Source of the DNA: Candidatus Aenigmatarchaeota archaeon
GTDB lineage: Archaea > Aenigmatarchaeota > Aenigmatarchaeia > GW2011-AR5
Length of the DNA stretch: 64,000 nt
NCBI GenBank assembly: GCA_016198685.1
Contig: JACQID010000006.1
Span: forward strand, 160,001 to 224,000
Reading direction: 5' to 3'
Shown in pieces: positions 26,498 to 35,248 of the stretch. The first letter of the stretch is position 1. Each line of letters starts with the position of its first letter. Made by a program: the position numbers and the translations under genes. The notes below the pieces were generated by a model. The model did not search any database. It saw nothing but the letters and a program-made list of their open reading frames with translations, and was not told the origin of the DNA.

Positions 26498-28599
26498 TGG
26501 CCGCTCTTCTCGTGTTAGCGCCGGTATATGCCGCAAATCATGCCGTAACGCTTCCGACAGAAAGCGCATTGGGACTCCAGTTGCTGGGGGAGACATTTTC
26601 CGATTTTGTATTTGGTTTAAGGATGGCTCTGGAGTTTGACGAAGAAACAAAGTTGGGAATCCTGCAAGAAAGATTTGATAAACTAGAATCCCAGCAGGAA
26701 GAATGGCTTAAAGTAAAGGCCGTGGCGGCCAATCAAAGCGCCAGCGGTGAGCTTACTAACAGCCAGAAAGAGGCAATCGTAAGCATCCTAAACGCCAAGC
26801 ATGACATGCTCGTCAAGGAGTATGTTGGTTTGGGACGTGCGATTGACAGCCTGATAACACAGGCTAACAAAACAGGGGACGCAGAGCTTCAAGAAGCGGC
26901 AGAAGAGCTTCTCAACAAATTAGATGAATCGAAACTCTCTGACGGATTGAATGCGCCGTTGCCAATAGACATTAACACCATAACATTCGGCACTGAAGGT
27001 CCTGTAAACGCAAGTGAAGCCAAGAAGCGGGCCGAAGAGAAACTCGGTTTCGAAGCTTCCAGCGTCGTTGAAGAAGTTCACGGCAACGTGACTTACTTCG
27101 TAGTGAGAGGAGAAGAAAGCAGCAGTAACGACAGCTTCAAGATAAAAAAGACATATGAAGCCTGGGTTAATGCCAATACCGGAGCGATAGGAGCAGCAAA
27201 CGTTGCTATATCATTCCAGTCTGAATATATACCTGCAGCAAAGCCCCAGAAAGACAACAAAACAACAACGACCACGACAATGTATGACAACAAGGACGAG
27301 AATGATACAAATGGGAAGAACGACGACTCGAAAAAACATGGAATACCAACGCAGGGCTACACGGTCTTCCAGCCGGTAACATACATTAAGATATACCAGG
27401 AAGTCGGCAACATCGTGCAACAGGTATCGGGCGGAAACACGTACGTTTCGGCTCAAGGCACAGCAAACTCGAATACAGCGTCCACATCCAACAGCCAGTC
27501 CGGAAACGGTGATGGATGCAATAACAGCTGTGACAACGATACAAATGACGACTGCGGTAACACATGTGATAACGGCGATCAGGACGGCAACGGCTGCTAC
27601 AGTGGTTGCAACGAAACGGATAACGGAAATGGCGGAGCAGATTACAACAACACGAACACGACAGACTGCCCTTCAGGATGCGGATCCGGATCAGCAACTA
27701 ACTATACCAGCACAGCTAACGCAAACAGCAACACTACCGTGATATCTAGTGCAGGCAGTGGAGGCAGTGCAAACGCGAACGCCGAATCCGACACGAAAGC
27801 GGTGGCAACATCCGGTGACGGAGGAGGAAGCCTTGCAACATCGGATTCCATCACGAAGGGCGTTGCAGTCAGTGGTGACAATGGCTCTAGCACGTCAAGC
27901 GCGGATTCTAAGACAGGAACCGCGGCCAATAGCGGCGACGGGGGCTTGAGCACTGCGGAGAGCGGCTCTTACACAGAAGCAACGTCCAGCACGGGTGACA
28001 ACGGATTGAGTGATGCCGACGCTTCTGGCAACACGCATTCGTCGGCAGTCAGCGGTGACGACGGCACGAGCGGCGCGTCCAGCGACTCTTCGCTTAAGGC
28101 TATAGCCAAGAGCGGATTCGATGGACTAAGCATGGCCACCGGCACGTCCGAAACAGACTCATCCGCGAAAACAGGCGATGAGGGGTCGAGCACGGCAGAC
28201 AGCAACTCTGACACATTATCAGTTGCCAACAGCGGTGACGAAGGTACGAGTTATGCATCGACTGATTCCGAAACCGATGCCTACGCAGAAGGGGGAGACG
28301 ATAGCTGCGCTGCAAGCGATTCGGAATCAGACACGAAGTCTGTAGGCATAAGCGGTGACGACGGAACCAGCAGCGCCGTTTCGACATCCGACACGGACTC
28401 CGTAGCCAAGACTGGCGATGAAGGACAGAGCACAGCCACGTCAGGCTCAGAGACGGATTCCGTATCCCACAGCGGCGATGATGGAACGAGTTACTCAAAC
28501 GCAGACTCGGACACCAAATCCGTCGCCATCAGCGGTGACGACAGTTCAAGCAACGCCAGTGCTTCATCAAGCACGACCGCAGTCGCTGTGAGCGGCTAA
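26473..28599 (+). CDS. Large secreted protein: helical (DUF5667-like) N-domain, PepSY-like domain, Cys-rich acidic linker, 13x 20-aa Ser/Asp/Gly/Thr repeats
   Basis: Signal peptide MEKAAGLIMAALLVLAPVYAA with GGAGGTG SD; ASEAKKRAEEKLG...VNANTGAI resembles PepSY; repeat region at the C-terminus. Confidence 0.85.
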   Translation: MEKAAGLIMAALLVLAPVYAANHAVTLPTESALGLQLLGETFSDFVFGLRMALEFDEETKLGILQERFDKLESQQEEWLKVKAVAANQSASGELTNSQKEAIVSILNAKHDMLVKEYVGLGRAIDSLITQANKTGDAELQEAAEELLNKLDESKLSDGLNAPLPIDINTITFGTEGPVNASEAKKRAEEKLGFEASSVVEEVHGNVTYFVVRGEESSSNDSFKIKKTYEAWVNANTGAIGAANVAISFQSEYIPAAKPQKDNKTTTTTTMYDNKDENDTNGKNDDSKKHGIPTQGYTVFQPVTYIKIYQEVGNIVQQVSGGNTYVSAQGTANSNTASTSNSQSGNGDGCNNSCDNDTNDDCGNTCDNGDQDGNGCYSGCNETDNGNGGADYNNTNTTDCPSGCGSGSATNYTSTANANSNTTVISSAGSGGSANANAESDTKAVATSGDGGGSLATSDSITKGVAVSGDNGSSTSSADSKTGTAANSGDGGLSTAESGSYTEATSSTGDNGLSDADASGNTHSSAVSGDDGTSGASSDSSLKAIAKSGFDGLSMATGTSETDSSAKTGDEGSSTADSNSDTLSVANSGDEGTSYASTDSETDAYAEGGDDSCAASDSESDTKSVGISGDDGTSSAVSTSDTDSVAKTGDEGQSTATSGSETDSVSHSGDDGTSYSNADSDTKSVAISGDDSSSNASASSSTTAVAVSG
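27811..28590 (+). repeat. 13 tandem in-frame 60-bp (20-aa) repeats, consensus about SGDDGxSxAxSxSxTxSxAx
   Basis: Counted by hand from SGD to SGD; the register is exact (27811 + 13x60, then SG-stop). Confidence 0.92.
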
Positions 28600-28604
28600 C
28601 GGAA

Positions 28605-28628
28605 TCATTTTTTATTTTTTCTTTTTCT
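28605..28628 (+). terminator. T-rich tract between convergent genes, probable archaeal terminator
   Basis: tcattttttattttttctttttct downstream of the stop codon. Confidence 0.45.
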
Positions 28629-28694
28629 AAAAATATGTTTGATATTGCGATTGCATTCGCATAAAACGCAACTTGCCAGGGTCTTCTGGACTTA

Positions 28695-29627
28695 TTAGGC
28701 AACGCCCAATGATCGCATAAGCATGCGAGGATTGTCGCCAATATATTTGTCTATATCGTTCTTATCGGGTTCTGGCGCATCAATTTCGTGGCCCAGAACG
28801 TTATTTGCATGCCTTTGCAGAATAGAAGCATCTAAAAGGTACATTCTCTCATGCGCCATATAATCATTACAAATATTTCTCATTGCATTCAATGCACGAC
28901 CAAAAGGATGATGAGATGCATACTCCATTTTTACAAAATGTTCTGCAGCCGAGATTTTCATGGCAACTGAATATTTTCTAAACTCCTCCATTATACCTGC
29001 AAATTTGCCGACTGCTGATATATCATCTGCATAATCTTGAAGAACGCTATCCGAAGCATTACCCCCTTTCCCATGCATGAGCGAATCCAAGGCAGCAAGT
29101 ATCATAGTTTTAGGAGCTGCACATGCAATGCCGGGATAGTCAACAAGTGCGTTCTGCCGGTCACTAAATGTAAAAATGCCCTCTGGAGTCAAAGCCTTGC
29201 CAGGTTGAACTTCATGCAGATAGTTGGCGATCGTGCGTATTCCTAGCGCGGCTTTGTATAATACAGATATTTCCACAGGAAGCGCTCCATATTGTTCTAT
29301 GGGCTTTTCGGCGCGGAAAAAACAATATGCAGGTAATGAAACTCCAAAACATGCAGCTTCAGACAGCTCTTCTGGCAGGACAATATCCCTGCCGCCGGCA
29401 TAATTTGTGTTTATCCACACCAACCCGTCAAGGAGGGCTTTTTTATATGCGGCCGTTTCATGTAAGGCGTCAATATTCATTCCATGTCCGTTCCTGCTGT
29501 CAGGATATGGGCACGTTGTTTTTGGCATATTGTCGTCATACAGAGCTCGTTCCTCTATACGCCTTCCGTTCGCGGCCGACTGGTCTTTCAGCATCATCGA
29601 AAATATTTTCAGTCCTGGCTTTAGCAT
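28695..29627 (-). CDS. Hypothetical protein
   Basis: 310-aa ORF filling the gap; no family recognised. Confidence 0.7.
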   Translation of the reverse strand: MLKPGLKIFSMMLKDQSAANGRRIEERALYDDNMPKTTCPYPDSRNGHGMNIDALHETAAYKKALLDGLVWINTNYAGGRDIVLPEELSEAACFGVSLPAYCFFRAEKPIEQYGALPVEISVLYKAALGIRTIANYLHEVQPGKALTPEGIFTFSDRQNALVDYPGIACAAPKTMILAALDSLMHGKGGNASDSVLQDYADDISAVGKFAGIMEEFRKYSVAMKISAAEHFVKMEYASHHPFGRALNAMRNICNDYMAHERMYLLDASILQRHANNVLGHEIDAPEPDKNDIDKYIGDNPRMLMRSLGVA

Positions 29628-29647
29628 GTTAGGTTCTATGACAGAAG

Positions 29648-29944
29648 CGTTTAAACATCGAATTCCGTCGTATTAACACGGCGGACGAAACAACGGGAAT
29701 TCGATGTGCAAATCCACCGCTTGAAAGCGGCGGATTTTTAAAATGAACGAAATGGGAGATTATCTAGCAAACACAAACATTTACTATGTGGAAATCTGCA
29801 AGAACGTGGAAATATCCCGCCTTTGGAACATCAAGCGTTTTTTGGCATTTGCCATGGCATGTAACATGCAATACAGGAGGAAAAGGATCCGTTGACACTG
29901 AAGGAAAGATATGGCGATTTAATCCGATAATACGTTTAAACATC
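29648..29944. mobile_element. Possible IS200/IS605-like remnant or MITE (two hairpins, 12-bp flanking direct repeat)
   Basis: CGTTTAAACATC at 29648 and 29933; 12-bp stem 29655-29666/29696-29707; hairpin AAATCCACCGCT-TGAA-AGCGGCGGATTT at 29710-29737; frameshifted W-H-V-T-C / Y-R-R-K text resembles the TnpA N-terminus. Confidence 0.35.
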
Positions 29945-29959
29945 TTCTCCAGAAATAAA

Positions 29960-30235
29960 ATGATGTCATGTACCATATGCGGGAAGAACGAGATGCTGCC
30001 TTATATGTGCAAATTCTGTTCGCTTGAATTTTGTTCGCATCACAGATTACCGGAGAGCCATAACTGCGCCGGGCTGGAAGAATGGAAAGGCAATAGGACT
30101 TTCGAGAAAATAATTTATCCGCCGATGCAGGACAACGACACAAAAACAGCTAAGAGGTATTCTAATGATACTATATTAAAGGCGGGGATTGCATTATTCT
30201 TCTTGGTGGCATTGGCAGTGTTCATATTATTGTGA
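29960..30235 (+). CDS. AN1-type zinc finger protein with C-terminal TM anchor
   Basis: CTICG...PYMCKFCSLEFCSHHRLPESHNC motif. Confidence 0.88.
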   Translation: MMSCTICGKNEMLPYMCKFCSLEFCSHHRLPESHNCAGLEEWKGNRTFEKIIYPPMQDNDTKTAKRYSNDTILKAGIALFFLVALAVFILL

Positions 30236-30239
30236 TAGT

Positions 30240-30515
30240 ATGCCCTGCTATAGAGTCATTGTGAGAGGCAAAGTCCAGGGAGTTGGGTATAGAGCTTTCG
30301 CCAAAGCGCAAGCAGATTCGTTGAGCCTTGCAGGATGGTGCAGGAATCTTCCTGTAGGGCATGTCGAAATAACAGTGAAAGGCGCTGAAAGTGAAATGGC
30401 CAAATTTATTACTGCATTAAAAAAAGGTCCTTCAAAGGCAAGAGTCAACGTTGTATCTGTCGAGCCTGCAAAAGACTGCGATGAATATACTAAATTCGAA
30501 ATCAAACACAAATAA
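30240..30515 (+). CDS. acyP: Acylphosphatase
   Basis: VRGKVQGVGYR and GWCRNLPVGHVE signatures. Confidence 0.95.
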   Translation: MPCYRVIVRGKVQGVGYRAFAKAQADSLSLAGWCRNLPVGHVEITVKGAESEMAKFITALKKGPSKARVNVVSVEPAKDCDEYTKFEIKHK

Positions 30516-30549
30516 TTTGGTTTTTATAATTTCAATGCTAAATAACTAA

Positions 30550-30735
30550 ATGGCAAGGAAACACAAAGAAGACGCGCACAGTTATAAAGGATGGCTCAAT
30601 TCCGACAGCTTCATCAAAAGAGCGCTTGCAGTTTTTGCGTATAACCTTGCAGGCTCTTTGATTATATACGGAGTCATTATCGTCATCGCCCTGCTCTTGC
30701 TGGCACTTGCTTTTATCATGAATTTATTTGCTTAA
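30550..30735 (+). CDS. Small membrane protein
   Basis: GWLNSDSFIKRALAVFAY followed by a TM helix. Confidence 0.7.
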   Translation: MARKHKEDAHSYKGWLNSDSFIKRALAVFAYNLAGSLIIYGVIIVIALLLLALAFIMNLFA

Positions 30736-30943
30736 TGAGAGAGGCAAGAGAAAGAATTTTTGATAAAAATAGCTTAATGAGTGGCGCTATGCTTGAAAAA
30801 GGATACTGTAGATAGGGCACTAAATTTCCATACACTGCTTTGTATATAATGGGTAGATGCCTTCGGAGGAGCCGACAAAGCCATTAGGTATATATGGGAA
30901 AGATTTTCAACTCAAACTCTTCGATAATTGCATTTCATAACAA

Positions 30944-31099
30944 CTATGTTCTGTATAAGAAGAACGCTGCAGTAAAAATGAGATACAAAATAGCAAGAGC
31001 TAATGCTATATTAGAAGAAAGTCCTCCGGTCCAAAGCCTTATTGACTCCAATGCAAGAGCAAGGCCGACAAGAAAGCGAATCCAGCTTCCGGCACCCAT
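30944..31099 (-). CDS. Small two-TM membrane protein (51 aa)
   Basis: Hand translation MGAGSWIRFLVGLALALESIRLWTGGLSSNIALALAILYLIFTAAFFLYRT. Confidence 0.55.
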   Translation of the reverse strand: MGAGSWIRFLVGLALALESIRLWTGGLSSNIALALAILYLIFTAAFFLYRT

Positions 31100-31718
31100 C
31101 TCATAACGTTCACGGTAAAACCTTTTAATACTTTAGTCTAAGTCTAATGTATGTTGATGCATAGAACTATGCATCAAGACGGGCATAAAGTTTGGCAACT
31201 TTTTGTGAATATTATTATTATAGCGCTAAACCTTATGCTCTTTATCTGTATTCAAGGCGTTGCTTCCGATTCAGGCAAACGCCTTTGCGTGAAGAAGCAC
31301 TTCAGGATGCGGAATATTATGAAGGCGCGATATTGATTATCATGCCGGATGAAGGCGCAAGCAGGCAATACTCTATTAGTGTGGTGCAGGAACTCTTCCT
31401 GCCAATTCAATTCCGGTTGATCCCGCCGGAGATTACTGCTATCAGGATTCGGCTAAGCCATGCGAGGCATTGTCGCAAGACAAGCCGCACTGCTCAGTAA
31501 CACGTAGTCAACCTGCCCTTGAGCGGGGGATAACCTTGGGAAACTGAGGATAATACCCCATAGGCGATAATGGCTGGAAGGCCTCTTCGTTCAAAGCTTC
31601 GGCACTCAAGGATGGGACTGCGGCGGATTAGCCTGTTGCGGGGGTAAGGTCCCTGCAAAGCTATAATCCGTACGGGTCGTGAGAGCGATAGCCCGGAGAT
31701 GGTTTCTGAGACATGAAA

Positions 31719-31749
<31 letters not shown>

Positions 31750-31873
31750 ACTTCGCAATGCATGAAAGTGTGACGAGGGGATCCTGAGTGAACTCGCAAT
31801 GCGGGTTCTTTTGCCGAATGTAAACAGTTCGGCGAATAAGTGGTGGGCAAGACGGTTGCCAGCCGCCGCGGTA

Positions 31874-31948
31874 ATTCGAAGAATCGTAACCATAATCAGC
31901 TGGTAAATCGGAAAACCGATTCTTGATTTCCGGTTCTTCGAACCGTAA
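31874..31948 (+). other. 16S BHB intron 1 (75 nt, after E. coli position about 532)
   Basis: Helix GCGG/CCGT, bulges TAA and AAA, stem TTCGAAGAA/TTCTTCGAA; splicing restores GCGGTAATAACCG. Confidence 0.92.
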
Positions 31949-31973
31949 ATAACCGCGCCACGAGTGGTAATCG

Positions 31974-32006
<33 letters not shown>

Positions 32007-32209
32007 TGTTAAGTCCCTGGTTAAATCCTACAGCAAACTGTAGGGCTTGCTGGGGATACTATCAGGCTTGGGATCGGGAGAGGTCGAGGGTACGGCATGG
32101 GTAGGGGCAAAATCCTTTAATCCATGTCGGACCACCTGTGGCGAAGGCGCTCGACTGGAACGAGTCCGACGGTGAGGGACGAAAGCTAGGGGAGCGATCG
32201 GGATTAGAT

Positions 32210-32264
32210 ATTGAAAAGTCTCAACTTTTCAATTTAGTGAGAAATGAGATTTTTTCAACTAAAT
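32210..32264 (+). other. 16S BHB intron 2 (55 nt, after E. coli position about 793)
   Basis: Helix TTAG/CTAA with bulges ATA and ATA; splicing restores GGATTAGATACCCCGGTAGTCC. Confidence 0.92.
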
Positions 32265-32840
32265 ACCCCGGTAGTCCTAGCTGTTAACGATGCCCGTTTG
32301 GTGTTACACGTTCTTAGTGAACGTGTAGTGCCGCAGCGAAGGCGTTAAACGGGCCGCCTGGGGACTACGGCCGCAAGGCTCAAACTTAAGGGAATTGGCG
32401 GGGGAGCACTACAAGGGGTGGATGCTACGGTTTAATTGGATTCAACGCCAGGAACCTCACCAGGGAAGACAGCAGAATGAAGGTCACTCTGAAGGGGTTA
32501 CCAGACAAGCTGAGAAGTGCTGCATGGCCGTCGTCAGTTCGTGCTGTGAAGTGTCCTGTTAAGTCAGGAAACGAACGAGACCCGTGCCGCTAGTTGCCAC
32601 TTTCCGCTACGGCGGGGAAGCACTCTAGCGGGACCGCTGGTGCTAAACCAGAGGAAGGAGCGGGCCACGGCAGGTCAGTATGGCCTTAATTCCCTTGGGC
32701 TACACGCGGCATACAATGCGCCGGACAATGGGATGCGACCCCGAAAGGGGAAGCCAATCTCTTAAACCGGCGCTTAGTTCGGATCGAGGGCTGCAACTTG
32801 CCCTCGTGAAGCCGGAATCCCTAGTAAGCGAAGGTCATCA

Positions 32841-33026
32841 TTCCCGCAAGTTCAAATGACCGAGGCATATGCCTCAAACTGCCTGGCGCGGCGTAGAAGC
32901 GCAACGAGAGATGACTGAGAATGGGCGGCTGACTACTTATGTCAGCAGACGGTTTGACAATGATCTCGTAAAAGCTTATTCGTCAGGTAGATACAGCAGC
33001 ACTATGATGGATTTGCGGAAGTGGAA
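32841..33026 (+). other. 16S BHB intron 3 (186 nt, h43 region, E. coli position about 1362)
   Basis: Helix TCAT/GTGG with bulges CAT and AAT; splicing restores GGTCATCATCTTTCGCTGAATACG. Confidence 0.88.
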
Positions 33027-33034
33027 TCTTTCGC

Positions 33035-33072
<38 letters not shown>

Positions 33073-33411
33073 GCCATCTGAGTGGAGTCTTGGTGAAGCC
33101 CATGACGAATGGGTCGAACCATGGTTCTGCAAGGAGGGCTAAGTCGTAACAAGGTAGCCGTACGGGAACGTGCGGCTGGATCACCTCCTATATATCTTTT
33201 GTGTTGCATTATGCCGCACTGATAGACTGCCAATTGCTTGCGCCTTCATTCGGATTTTTTATTGTATTAATTTCTCTACGCAAAGCGCTGTTCTCGGTAT
33301 AAGAAAAATACGTAGAATTGCGGTATATTATTTCGATTACACTGCATACTTATTGCAAAACTGAAATCATAAAATGACTAACAAATATGTTAACTGCCCG
33401 CGTATAGCTTA

Positions 33412-33705
33412 TTGGCACATCGAGTGTTATATGCAACTCATCCGAGCAAGGGTTGGTTTTGTAGGAATAATGAATTTCTAACACAATGGCCGTGTTTTTC
33501 TGAAGTTGTGGCACAAGAGCTTGGCATGCAAGAGTATTTTTCCTGCAACCCTATCGAGGGATTTGGCTTTATATTCGGGCATGTCTTAAATGAAGCGATG
33601 GACTTCCTTGCGCCTATCACATGTTTCTCCTGCGGATGGCAGAGCGAATCAGATCACGAGAAGAGATGCGAAATCTGCACGTCATGGCATGTTTATTTTG
33701 TGTAA
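33412..33705 (+). CDS. Possible zinc-ribbon hypothetical protein
   Basis: C-terminal CFSCG...CEIC; coding status uncertain. Confidence 0.35.
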   Translation: MAHRVLYATHPSKGWFCRNNEFLTQWPCFSEVVAQELGMQEYFSCNPIEGFGFIFGHVLNEAMDFLAPITCFSCGWQSESDHEKRCEICTSWHVYFV

Positions 33706-34296
33706 TCATACTTTCAGATAGACATAGCCCCTGCGTCTTGCGCGCTCATCGGTTACAAAATTTTCTCTTGTGATCACAAGTGCATTCGATAACTCGGACT
33801 TGAGAAGCACTAATGCCTGAGACGCATCCCGTTGTTCAAGCCCGGAACCGTATGCATATAATGGGCGCTGTTCTTCCATATCGGTTTCGATCAACAATTT
33901 CCCTCCCGCACGCAAATTCTTGCTGACAGCCGTTAGGACGGCATCAAGGGGATTATTATGGCAGTTCCGTTGGCGTTCCGACGTGATGATGTCCCATGGA
34001 TTCGGATATAGCCATGTTATTACGGGATATTCTTTGCGTGGCATATGAAAAGTATCATAGCCGTTAAAGGTCAGCATTTTGTTTTCATCCGTGAAATTTC
34101 CAGGGGCTTGGAGATCTACCCCATCGACATACAGCCATTCATCAGTTCCTGCTACCCGCCTGACTTGACATGATGTATTCCTTAGAGACCATCTATAAAC
34201 CGGAAGTTGTATGCCTCCTTGCTCTTTGGTCATTCGGTGATAGGTAGATCTGGGATTGACGTAAGTCATTCCCGCTCCTATGTCAAGTATATCCAT
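33706..34296 (-). CDS. Class I SAM-dependent methyltransferase-like protein
   Basis: ILDIGAG motif I, VDGVD, and KNLRAGGKLLIET. Confidence 0.6.
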   Translation of the reverse strand: MDILDIGAGMTYVNPRSTYHRMTKEQGGIQLPVYRWSLRNTSCQVRRVAGTDEWLYVDGVDLQAPGNFTDENKMLTFNGYDTFHMPRKEYPVITWLYPNPWDIITSERQRNCHNNPLDAVLTAVSKNLRAGGKLLIETDMEEQRPLYAYGSGLEQRDASQALVLLKSELSNALVITRENFVTDERARRRGYVYLKV

Positions 34297-34347
34297 GACA
34301 TGACAGAAGAGGGAAACGGCTAAAAAACCTGCAGTTGCTAGCGAAAC

Positions 34348-35082
34348 TCATTCTCTTCTCTTGCCCATGAGCCTAAGGAGGCTCAGGAACAGGTTTATGA
34401 AATCCAGATAAAGGCGAAGAGCGCCTATCACGGATTCTTTCGTGTCTTCTTCCGTGCCTTCATTGCCTATGACGTTCGTTTCGCGTATCTTCTGCGTATC
34501 ATAAGCAGTAAGGCCGGTGAACACAATGACACCGATAATCGATATTATGTAATCGAGCGGTCCGCTTTTCAGGAAGAAATTGACGACAGAGGCAAGTATT
34601 ATTCCAATAAGGGCCATGAAAAGTATCTGGCCGATTTTTGTCAAATCGGTTTTAGTGACATAGCCATAGACGCTCATTATTCCGAACATCGCAGCTGCAA
34701 TGAAGAACGTCAACCCTATGGATTCGATTGTGTAAACTAGAAATATGACTGACAGCGTCAGTCCCGTGAAGAACGAGTATGCGAGGAACATGATTATTGC
34801 AAGAGTGGCCGGAATCCGCTTGATCAATAATGCAAGCCCGAATACCAGGCCGAGCTCAACGATCATAAGAACATAAAATAGCCCTGTGCCGAGAATGATT
34901 GTGTATATTGCGGGCTCAGTGGCTGCAAAATATGCCGTGGCAGCGGAAATGCCAAGCCCGATAAACATCCATGCATAGACTTTGACGAAGAAGCGCCGTG
35001 TTTCTTCAGCTGCAGCGTGAGCGGATATCATGCTAGTTTTATATTCAGACCGCTTTAAAAGCTCTGCCTTAGTTGTCATCAA
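34348..35082 (-). CDS. Bax inhibitor-1/YccA family membrane protein
   Basis: Seven TM segments; GLTAYDTQKI and GALRLYLDFINLFLSLL motifs. Confidence 0.95.
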   Translation of the reverse strand: MMTTKAELLKRSEYKTSMISAHAAAEETRRFFVKVYAWMFIGLGISAATAYFAATEPAIYTIILGTGLFYVLMIVELGLVFGLALLIKRIPATLAIIMFLAYSFFTGLTLSVIFLVYTIESIGLTFFIAAAMFGIMSVYGYVTKTDLTKIGQILFMALIGIILASVVNFFLKSGPLDYIISIIGVIVFTGLTAYDTQKIRETNVIGNEGTEEDTKESVIGALRLYLDFINLFLSLLRLMGKRRE

Positions 35083-35113
35083 TATTTAAGCAATGCTTCA
35101 TTACTAAAAAGAC

Positions 35114-35248
35114 GGGCTGGTAGATCAACGGAAGATCGCCTGCTTTGCAACGCAAGAAGGGAAGTATCCCTCCTTACAGTCCTATTCAACTCTCGGACGA
35201 TGCGAACAAAACAGCAGGAGGCTTCGGGTTCAAATCCCGACCAGTCCA
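35114..35248 (+). tRNA. tRNA-Ala(TGC) with 63-nt intron at canonical 37/38 (35150-35212)
   Basis: GGGCTGG/CCAGTCC acceptor with G3-U70; CCTGC-TTTGCAA-GCAGG after splicing; helix TTTG/CAAA. Confidence 0.93.

Noticed and set aside
30730-30781. 10-bp direct repeat GCTTAATGAG around a gene stop, similar in geometry to the two insert units
   Set aside because: It is too short and AT-rich to distinguish from chance, and the intervening sequence lacks the TCGYAAGAA motif.
32841-33026. C/D-box guide RNA within the 16S intron (ATGA and CTGA words)
   Set aside because: There is no properly ordered RUGAUGA/CUGA pair with a terminal K-turn, and no guide-target complementarity was identified.
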